A stretch of DNA of 64,000 nt, from contig JAHLWZ010000068.1 in the NCBI GenBank assembly GCA_020536535.1, positions 1 through 64,000 on the forward strand, read 5' to 3'. Source of the stretch: Pelomyxa schiedti (lineage: Eukaryota; Protista; Evosea). Of this stretch, positions 54,668 through 64,000 are shown piece after piece. Within the stretch, counting starts at the first letter, position 1. Each line of letters opens with the position of its first letter. The position numbers were made by a program, and so were the translations under genes. The notes beneath the pieces were generated by a model. It had not been told where the DNA came from and did no database searches. It saw only the letters and a program-made list of their open reading frames with translations.

Positions 54668-55640
54668 TCAGTGTGTTGCTGATTGGTTTGCTCTTTCAGT
54701 GGGAGTGTTTTGGGAAGGAACTGTGATGGATGTTAGTTCTCTTTCCGGTGGTGTGTTCATGTTGTTGGTCTCTTTTTCTAGTGGTGTTGTTGCTGTGGCT
54801 GTGGCTGGGGTTGTTGACTTGATGAGTATGTGTGCTTTGTCCATGGAGGAAAGTGTTGCGAGTTGTTTGTCTGGTGGAAGCATCATTGGAGTGAGCCGGA
54901 TTTCCGGCTCTGTTGATGGGATCAGAATGCGATCCTTGATAGAGGGAGGGGTATTGATTGGGGGTGTTGCTACAGGCCCTGAGCTCACAGGCGGTCTTTC
55001 TGGTGGAGGGGTGTTGGCTGGGGGTATCTCGGTGGGGGTGGTTGTATTCATAAGAGTTGCCTCGCTTTGTGGAATGTTGCTTTGTAGTGTGGGAGGAGTG
55101 GTATTCGGGATTTTGTCAAGAGCTGGGGTGCCCGTTATACTGAGTAATGTTCTTTCTGTTGATTGTGTGTTGACAGTGGATTTCACAGTGGTGTTAGAGG
55201 TGCGTGTTAAGTCTGGTATTGATGTGCCATTAACGGTTTGCCGTGTTCTATCGGCAACGCTGCGTAGAGGCTGGTGTCTTTCTGCCACCATCATCGGTTT
55301 AGAGGAATACCCTTGCAATGATTGAGTGGGTGTTTGGTTTGCTTGTAAGGGATTGTACCTCTATCTATAGGCATAAGAGCACACAAGTAGACATCATACA
55401 AAGGCTTCGATACTAACAAATCGAACTGGATGAGAATTAGGAAAGCTATCTCCAAGTCGTTCATCTCAGTTGCTGTTACACCACCCACACGAGCATAATA
55501 AGAGTTTGGATAAAATTCATCCTCATAAAATTTGGATGCCACCGTAGCACTAAATAAAAGAAAAAGAAAAATTTGTCAGAAGAAAGTTGGATGTGTTTTT
55601 TGTTCCAAGGTTTCAGAGTTAAGTGTGACTCTATTATTAT

Positions 55641-55674
<34 letters not shown>

Positions 55675-56197
55675 AGATCCAGCTACTTATATTTATTTTA
55701 ACACACCTAGCCAGAAACAGCCTGTGTACGTTTGTGTCTGTCACAACGAAGCCGGGGTTTTTATCCACGGCCCTATCTATCAGCGCCAGCGACGCCACGA
55801 GCGAGCACTTGCTGAACCCGCTGTACTGCACAATCCTCTTGAGGTACCACCCCAGGCACACCGCCGCCGGCGCGTTCCGCGAAGCGCCGTAGAACGCCCG
55901 CTGCGCCGTCGCCGGCGTCAGGTCCGCCGGCGCGATCCCGTGCGTCGGCGAGCACGACGACGCGGAGGACGGGGAGCCCGAGGCGGAGCTGAGGAAGTTG
56001 ATGCGCGAGGCCGAGCTGGACGCCGACGAGGAGGAGGAGGGCCGGATTTGCGACGAAGAAGACGAGAGGACGCGGCGTGGGGTGGTCTGTTTGATGCGTG
56101 TGCTGAAGAATATCGAGGCGGCGTCGGGGAACCAGTCCAGGGGCTCCTCTTTGTGTGTGGTGGAGGAGGAGGAGGAGGAGGAAGAGGAGGATGCCAT
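54668..56197 (-). CDS. PHO80/cyclin-U-like cyclin with Pro/Thr-rich C-terminus
   Basis: WYLKRIVQYSGFSKCSLVASLALIDR...TNVHRLFLA...VASKFYEDEFYPNSYYARVGGV...EMNDLEIAFL...FDL. Confidence 0.9.
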
Positions 56198-57128
56198 TAT
56201 TTTATATAATGTATAAACTTGTTTGTTTGTCTGTCTGTCTGGTCCCGTGTTGTTGTTAGACAACAACAATTGTTGACAACTACGGGGTGTCGTTTGTTTC
56301 GGGGGTTTTTTTCTTTTGTTTGCGTTGTGGTGCTAGTGTGGGACCGTGCACCGGTTCTCCTTCCCTTTTTTTATTCTATTTTTTTCTTTGTTTGTGGTGG
56401 ACGATCGTGACGGCTACTGCGGATTTTTTTTGTTTTTCCTTTCAGTAAGGGATTTCGCCTCTTGCCCTTCCTGGGTGAAGACAGTGCACAATTAGTTACA
56501 GAGATGCACGTTCTTTTCTATATATAACTTTCCATCTGACTTTTCAACCCCCCGATCTACCATAAAGGGCAATAACCACCACTCTTCATTTCGCAGGCGG
56601 TAAAATCACCACATCATCGTGTATGTTGTTGAGGATTTTGCAAACAACACCACAACCAACACCAGGAAGCCAGTACTGCTCGTTTACCGTCATTGGATAT
56701 TCAGTTTATATGATCCAACCAATCCCTCTCACAAGTCTCAGCTACTCCCACAAAGATGGGCGACATTGGTGTTGTTTTCGTTAATGCCAGATGGCCCCTT
56801 AGGCTTAAGTTATTTTCTCTCCCACACAACGAGCAAAGAGGGAAGCACAACAGTTGAAAGTTTCCTGCCTTTACCTTTTTGCCAAAGGAACAGAACCAAC
56901 CAAAACAAGAAATTTGTAATACCGTCAAACCGAGAATCCATCAAATCGCCGGAAAAAGGGAGAAAAAAACAAAACACCGATTGGCTTCGTAGACTACGCC
57001 CACAGGCCCACCCCCAAGGCCAGCACACCCACCACGCTTCTCGACGATCTCTCTCGAACCCCCTACCCGCCGACCAACAAACCCGCGCACGCCACACCAC
57101 ACCACACCACAGCGCAGCACATCCAACC

Positions 57129-60100
57129 ATGTCGTCGCCCTCGCCGGCGCCGTCTTCGCCCCTGTCTCTCCTGGCGGTCACCTCCGCCCCGTCGTCGTAC
57201 CGCCGCTCCTCGTGCTCGGCGCTGACCGAGACCACACCCTCGTCGTCGTCGTCGTCGTCGTCGTCGTCTGCTGCAACAGCAACCTCTTCGTCCTCGCAGC
57301 ACCAGAGCAGTAGCCACGAGTCGTCGTCTGGGCGGCATCGCCACAGACACCGGCACCACCACGACGGCAGCGCCGCCACGTCGGCCTCGGCCTCGGGCTC
57401 CGGCGACCAAGAGGACGAGAAATCTGTGGAAAGCGACAAGGCAAAGGACAAGGACAAAGAAAAAGAAAAAGAAAAGGAAAGGGATAAAGAAAGAGAAAGA
57501 GAAAAGGAAAAAGAAAAAGGGACTGGTGGTGGTGGTGGAGGTGATGGTGATGATGAGGATGGCAAGCAGGGGAGGAAGAAGGCTGCCCTGGCTAATGAGA
57601 ACACTGTTGATTCTGCTGATGTTGGCGCTGGTGACGATAGGGCTGGCGTTGGTGATAGGGCGAAAATGACCAGTTCAACCCCTTCTTTGATGTTGTCAGT
57701 GGCCAACACATCGAATTTGCGTCGTTTGACTACACCACCTTTGTCTGGTAGTGGTGGACGTGACAGGACTATGCCAAACATTTCATCAAGGATTGACGAC
57801 GGTGGGGGTGCCGATGGCGTTCTGATCCATGATTTTGATGATTCTGAGGAAGATCAGGAGAGTGGAGAAGACGATGAAGATAAGCTCAAGCAATCTGAGG
57901 ACGATGTCCCTTCAACTGGTAATTTACAGGGGAGGCTTTTCTCAATTTCTTCCCACCCCTTAACGTCACTACCTTCCAAAATTCCCAACAGAGGACGATG
58001 ATGAAGGTACTTCCAGAGAAATGCAATCACTTAGCTTCTTACATTATATGAAGAAGAGGAATCTGAGGACTTAACTTTGGAACAGAAACTGGAGAAGGAA
58101 AAAAGTAAAGTGGCACATTGCAAAGTTACCATCGGGAGTTTGATTGAGCAAATCACCACATATCAACAGTACTTATTATATCAATGTACTCCTTAGTAAC
58201 TGCCATAAGAGTGATGGAAGAAGTTCGGGCCAACGAAAGGAAAGCCCAACAAGAACTTGAAGAGGTAGGGTTAAATCTTTGCTCGTTGTTGATACATGGT
58301 AGCAATTGGAACAAGAAAAAGTGAAAAGCGAAAACCTCCGACAGCAGACAGTAACTCAACTTCAGTCGTTGCTGAATGAATTGTCCTCCATTGATCAGGT
58401 AAGCCACTTCATGATTTTAAGACAATCACCTTTTCTAGGCAAATAAAACGTTAAACTTCGAACTGGAAACTGAAAGGAAAGCACACTCAGTCACTCTGCA
58501 ACAATTACAGGAACTTAAAGAATCTGCTCAGGATGGCCCCAGCAAAGTGCATTTTCCCTAAATCCCCCTGACCAACACATAATTGCTACATAGGGTGTTC
58601 TTATGGATGCGGAACAACAAATCAAATTAAATATTCAAATTAAAGGAGGCAAAATTAAAGTAGTTGAATTAGTTGAAGAAGCTCAAACAGGCAATTTCTT
58701 TTAATTAGCTTGTAGCCACTCATCAACTTGTTCAGCTGAAAGAGACCTGAGTGAGGAAAATATGTTTTTGACTCAAAAGTGTTGCACACTCATGCAAGAG
58801 AAGCAACAACTTGAAAATGAATACAAACAGTCTAAAGACCAATGTAGGCACCACTTAATTTCTTAATAATGAATTTAAAAACCTTATTCACGATGAAAGG
58901 TGAGGCAATGCAACAGAAGTTTAAAGTACTGGGTGATAAAGTCCTTGATGCCCAAAATGCAATGAACCAACAATTAGAAGAAGAAAGAAGGCAAAATGAT
59001 CTTATGGATGAGGCTGTAACAGTTTTACGACAAATGCTTGGGGGAAAGGCAGAGGTACTCCACATCATACTAATGACATGACTAACTTAACAGTATAGTA
59101 TGCTATTTCCACCCTTCCAGAAGCATACAGGAAACGGTTGCTTAAACCACTCAAGAACACGACGTTGAAACCAATCACTCCTGCTTTTCTGGTTGAAGAG
59201 GTGTGGACCACCAGAGTTTTGTATTTCCAACTCAAATACTCAATTAGTTTATTCCACCACCTGCCGCACCACCTCCAGTGAGGATTGTAACACAAACTCG
59301 ACCTTTAATTCCTCCTCTTCAACGCACTGTTCCTCCTCCACCTGCCACTACCTCACCTTCCCTTGCTACTGATGAAAAAATGTGGATAGAAATGGCAAAA
59401 AAAATAGGACCCCCAGAACCCCACAAACCCAAATTTGATCCCACATTTTCCCATGAAGAATATAAGCAGTATATGCAGGAAAGAAAAATATATGATGAAT
59501 GGGAAGAAGCCATTGCTGAAATGAGCAAAAACCTGTCTAAAAACGCATCTGTCATTGGTCTACAAAACCAGCAAGGTATCCCACTAGTATCTCCAAGAGT
59601 GCGCCCACCAGCCCAGATACCTCCCCCACCGGTTCCTGCATCTGCAGTTGCTTTGGCCAAACCCAAAATTCCTCCTCCAGCCACTGTAACTCCTCCCCCA
59701 ACTGCTACTTCACCTCAACTCACAACGTTAACTGCACAAGTTACCTCACCCCCCACGATCACCACACAACCGCCTATTCCCGCTCTTCAATCTGTACCTC
59801 CAATGGGTTCTGCCTCTGCAAGTTCTTCTTCCACTTCAACTTCAACTTCTACATCTGTCATTGCTTCTTCACCCCCTGGCTCCCCTCCCCTCTTGCCCGC
59901 AAATCCAGCCGTGGGGGCCACAGTAGGATTTACACCAACCATCCCCCCTCTGTTCCTGAAAGGTATGGCACAGGAGGAGAAATCCCGAGCAGCTCAGGTT
60001 GTCGAGGATCTTCTGCAAAGTGTGCGTGCCAATAAGGAAGAAAAGGTTGCCTGAGCCTCTATGCCTTCCCAACAGCAAATAACAAAACAAAAAACCAGGT

Positions 60101-63100
60101 GGAGCAGGATTCCGCGTTAGACCTTAAACCTTCTAAACAAGCAATGGCGGGAGGTTCTGTCACAAGTATGATTTTATGCCCCAAGCATGTATGGGTTGGT
60201 TCCAGTGGAAAGCCTGGATATATACAACTCTTTGATAAAGAGGTTTTTTCCCTTCATTTCTTCTCTTCTTTCACATATACCTCAGACAGCAGTCCTCTCA
60301 AAAGAATTGAAAATCCCCTCTGGTGTCCACAAGTTACTTGCCGTTGTAGCACATGTGTGGGTTACAAGTGATGACAATCTAATACGAGTCTTCAACATGT
60401 TGGTATGCATAACGTAGTTTAAGTTAACCATCTGTACTTATTACACAGTCTCCTTCATTTGGGCGAGATCTCTCTGGACATTCCCGTCCAATTGTGGATC
60501 TTACTAATGTCAATGATAAACAAGTTTGGTCAAGTAGCTCCGATATGACGCTCAAGATGTGGTCAGCCGATGTACACGTCATATTTCCTTATAAAGCTGT
60601 AACATTCCATAGACATTTAATTGTCTAAGAACTATAGAATTCCACACGTTGATACAGAAAACTCTGCTTTACAACTCTAATATATGGATTGGCACACCAC
60701 AAGGAATATACACCTGTGATATCAATGTAATCTTAAATAATGTGAACAGTTGAGTTAACAAATAAGAGTTAGTCACGGAAAATTACTGAGCAACCACGAG
60801 AAAAGAACTCCGTAACAGCTATGGTCTTTGTGAGAAGTAGAAATGCCAATTCAGATGAAATCTGGACAGCACACGCAAATAACTCTATTGTTGTATGGGA
60901 TGCTACGGTGTGTTGTTACTCTCTTGAAAGTTGTATTCAACATTCTACAGCAAAAGACGCTTTCAGCTAAATTTAGCGCGGTTCGTGTTCAAGATTTGTT
61001 GTGCCTTGGCCAACGAGTTTGGAGTTGCTCATTAGACAAGGTCCGTACAGTTCTTCAACTTCTTCGTTAACCCAAAACCCAGACAATTAAAGTGTGGGAT
61101 GTTAAGGTGTGTTATCTCTCTCCTCTCTTCTTTCTTAGCCAAATAGACCAGAGCGTGCCTGTCTACCATTACCAGTGGACATACAGGATTCATTACTTGT
61201 TTGCTATTGGTGCCTGCCCGGCTCAATTCCTCAGTGTGGAGTGGTCCGTCTGATACCTTTCTTTCATGTACTCATATGATTCAGCATCTGATGATGGAAA
61301 AATATGTGTTTGGGAAACTCATTTCGGAAGCCATGATTTTCAGCACCATACATTGAAAGTAAATGCCCACTGTATTGTGTGCTACAAATCGATTGGACAA
61401 GGAAAAGCAGCATATCAATGTAGAGGTAAGTTATTTGTTAGTTCACAATTCATTTAGATAGTCTAATCCTATGCATAACCTATTTAGTGTGCACTGAAGT
61501 TAATGCACACCCTAAGTGTGTTCCGCTAGTTCCCTCCCACGATTTGTGCATCCCAGTTCACCACCCCATCAAAAAGGCAACAGATGTATTTAAGCGAAGG
61601 ACCACACCACCCCACGTTACACGATCAACATCCAGCGATAACTTACACTCTTTTCTGAGACCTCCAAGCTCGGAGGGTAGGCAGACATCCCGCCCCCTCT
61701 CCATTCTCTTCAGTTCTCCGCCACTCCTTCCTCCTAGTGCCCTCGTAATGAATCCTTCTTACAACACACCATCCCCTACGTTGGCATCTGCAGATGGCAG
61801 TAGTGGTGGCACTACATCAGGCAGCAACAGAGAAGAGAGTACGAGTAGTAGTAACTGCAGCAGCTATGGAGGAATTAATGTTATAACGGACTCATTTTTA
61901 CGTGAGTTTGAGCGAAATCCAGTGGCCTCTGTCCAAAAACTTGTGGCAGACAAATTGATTGCACCAAGTGCCAAGGCCGTAAGTACCACCTTCTCGTATC
62001 ATTTTTGTTATGGAAAAATTTACAATAGATTGCTCAACTTTTCTTGGATAACGATTCCTCTTTGAACCGGACTGCTTTATGCGAATATCTTGCTGAAAGG
62101 ACCGACGTGCTCCACGAATATGCGCAAATGCAAGACTTCTCCATACTAGATTTTGAGATGGCTCTGAGGCGATGGGTGGGGGTCTTTATATCACTGAAGG
62201 CTCCACCAAAGATGGAAGTAGTGATGACTGAATTTGCACAGCGCGTCTGTGCCACACTTCCTGAGCGTGAGATGTTTTCAACACCGGAAGTCGTTAAGAT
62301 TTTGGCTACCGATTGCATTGCACTAAGTAATTCTCTGCATGCGCCACAAGCTGTATTTCGAACGTCATTGCAAAAGTGGACCGACACGCATGCAACTATA
62401 AACAAGGCAGAGCTGCCAAGGTTGAGTTTTCTATTTGGCTCAATTCCAATCTAATTCAGCAAAGAGATTTTTTGGAGCACCTTTACAATCAAATTTTGGA
62501 TTGCCAACTCGACTCCATGAACCTGGCACAAGCCCCAATCATGCAAGGCATGCTCATCAAAAAGGGGAACGTGACAAACAGCCCCAAGTGGTGCGTTCTC
62601 AATCGGACGCAGCTAAACATCTTCAAGACCGCCAAGGCATGTAACCCCCAACAGCACAGCACAACCGCCGGCTTCTCACTTCTTCCAACTCCATAATCAC
62701 TTCGCAAACGCAAACCAAAAGCATTTGGCGTTTTCTCTCCTCTAACAATTCCCGCAGTCGCCAACAGCGGACTACATGCTGCCCACGCACACGCTAGAAG
62801 CCAAGCAAAACACACCCACGACGGTCATCATACAGACGCCGTCGTCGAGCACGGCCCTGTTCCTCCTGTGCAAATCAGCATACACAGCCAAAGCCTGGAT
62901 GCGGGCCCTGTCCGCGGCCTCCGCGGCCACGTCGCACGCCGTCCTGGCCCCGCCGTCGCTGCTGCCCTCGCCTTCGACGTCCCCTTCACTGCCTTCTGCT
63001 TCTGCTTCAGCTTCTGCCTCGGCTTCACCACCACCCACAATTCTGCAGCAACTGCAACAGCAACTGCCACCGCCACCACAGTCACAGTCATCACCATCGG

Positions 63101-63216
63101 GTTCGGAAACAACAAAGGCACCCCCGGCAATTACAATATCATCCTCCTCCACTGGAGCTACACCCACGTACAGGCACTCACATTCCCGGTCGAAAGAGAA
63201 GGACACAAAAGGCTAG
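57129..63216 (+). CDS. Large protein: low-complexity/coiled-coil N-terminus - Pro-rich region - WD40 propeller - degenerate Sec7 - PH domain
   Basis: WD-type repeats (HVWVGSS, VWSSSSDMTLKMW, SIVVWDA, SASDDGKICVWE); Sec7-like FERNPVASVQKL...ALCEYL...FEMALRRW...EFAQR; PH QGMLIKKG...KWCVLNRTQL...AKAWMRAL; contiguous splice chain. Confidence 0.8.
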
Positions 63217-63518
63217 TGACAGGATGGGGCTCTCTTTTCAAAAGGAAGAAGGCCTTCCACGTTTAAGTGTTTCTTATAGTAAGGGGATTTAAAACAAGCC
63301 TCTGTTTCCTTTGTGAGCGGCACTGCGAACTTAAATTAAAAAAAGCAAAAAAGCCTAAGATCAAGCATTGCCATCTCTGAAGAGCGGAAATTTCGCGGAA
63401 AGCGGCCTCTTTCGCTTGTTCAATTGAATTTGTCCGCCGGGGTTCTGTGACACTCGCAACGTAGCCGCTAGTGGGCGAACGACGAGGGAAAAGAGGGAGA
63501 GAGCTTAGGGGAGAGAAG

Positions 63519-64000
63519 ATGCCATGTGTGTGCGATCCTGAGATACAAGACGGCCACGAGTACGTGAAGTGGGTTGCGACCGTATTTCAGACTTGCGTGT
63601 ACAGCCCCACCGATGTGGCCGCTTTTATGCTCGGACTCGTCAACATCGGATTTTGGTTGTTTGCTCAGGTTGGTTCCGGTCTGTTTCTTTCTTTCTTTGT
63701 TTGTTTGTTTGTTTCTTCATTTTATTTGTGACGTTAGTGGCTTCTTTCTTCCACCCAAAAAAAAAAAAAAAAAGCAAGCGCAGTATATTGTTCCATCAAT
63801 TCTTACCAATTTTAGATACCGCAAGTGGTGGCCACTTGCAAGGTTGGAAGTGCTGAAGCATTGTCATTCTTGTTTGTCTTCACTTGGCTCACTGGAGATA
63901 TCACAAACCTACTTGGATGCGTGATGACTTACCAGCTTCCTACTCAAACATACACTGCAGTTTACTTCTGCATCGTGGATGGCGTCATGATGTTTCAGTG
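63519..64000 (+). CDS. PQ-loop repeat transporter (PQLC2/Ypq-like), runs off the window
   Basis: GLVNIGFWLFAQ|IPQVV...AEALSFLFVFTWLTGDITNLLGCVMTYQLPTQTYTAVYFCIVD. Confidence 0.9.

Noticed and set aside
53850-55325. Long plus-strand ORFs 53850-54494 and 54648-55325 (likewise 1877-2473, 2819-3316, 19751-20200, 20877-21788, 56810-57781)
   Set aside because: They are antisense shadows of low-complexity Ser/Pro/Thr-rich coding exons on the other strand, with no independent domain or splice support.
56619-57128. N-terminal 170 codons of the 460-aa ORF 56619-58001
   Set aside because: The ORF was opened at a GTG in divergent intergenic DNA; the compositional shift and first suitable ATG are at 57129.
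58100-58200. VTIGSLIEQIT resembling a RasGEF N-terminal (REM) start
   Set aside because: The frame closes soon afterwards and the segment is best read as intron sequence; no other REM motifs follow.

Overview
Gene-dense eukaryotic genomic DNA with about 29 protein-coding genes, many short GT-AG introns (mostly ~40-80 nt), very short intergenic regions and one 100-N scaffold gap (29499-29598). A nifJ-type pyruvate:ferredoxin oxidoreductase with spliceosomal introns, together with Rac/CYRI/RasGEF signalling genes and a PTPDC1-like phosphatase, points to an anaerobic amoeboid protist (Archamoebae such as Pelomyxa is my inference, not proven). I built the gene models by hand-splicing exons, so internal boundaries and several 5' ends are approximate. 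Recognisable genes: cathepsin B, RasGEF, equilibrative nucleoside transporter, rps23, PPP phosphatase, eIF2-alpha kinase, CYRI, Rac, PTPDC1, PFO, CHMP1, class I phosphodiesterase, PSMD5, PHO80-like cyclin and a PQ-loop transporter. Most interesting: (1) an apparently single minus-strand gene (36491-~39968) fusing a ZZ zinc finger, a GNAT acetyltransferase, a beta-rich module and a papain-like protease with intact Cys/His/Asn, head-to-head with CHMP1; (2) an inverted doublet of a ~90-bp MITE-like element with AATT junctions just upstream of cathepsin B; (3) a 70-aa two-exon PDCD4/SERBP1-like protein missed by the ORF track; (4) unusual signalling architectures (SAM-SAM-UBA-Rho with a G12D-equivalent, TM-Cache-TM-PDE, WD40-pseudoSec7-PH); (5) divergent gene pairs with 24 bp or possibly no space between start codons. 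I found no tRNA, rRNA or CRISPR array.
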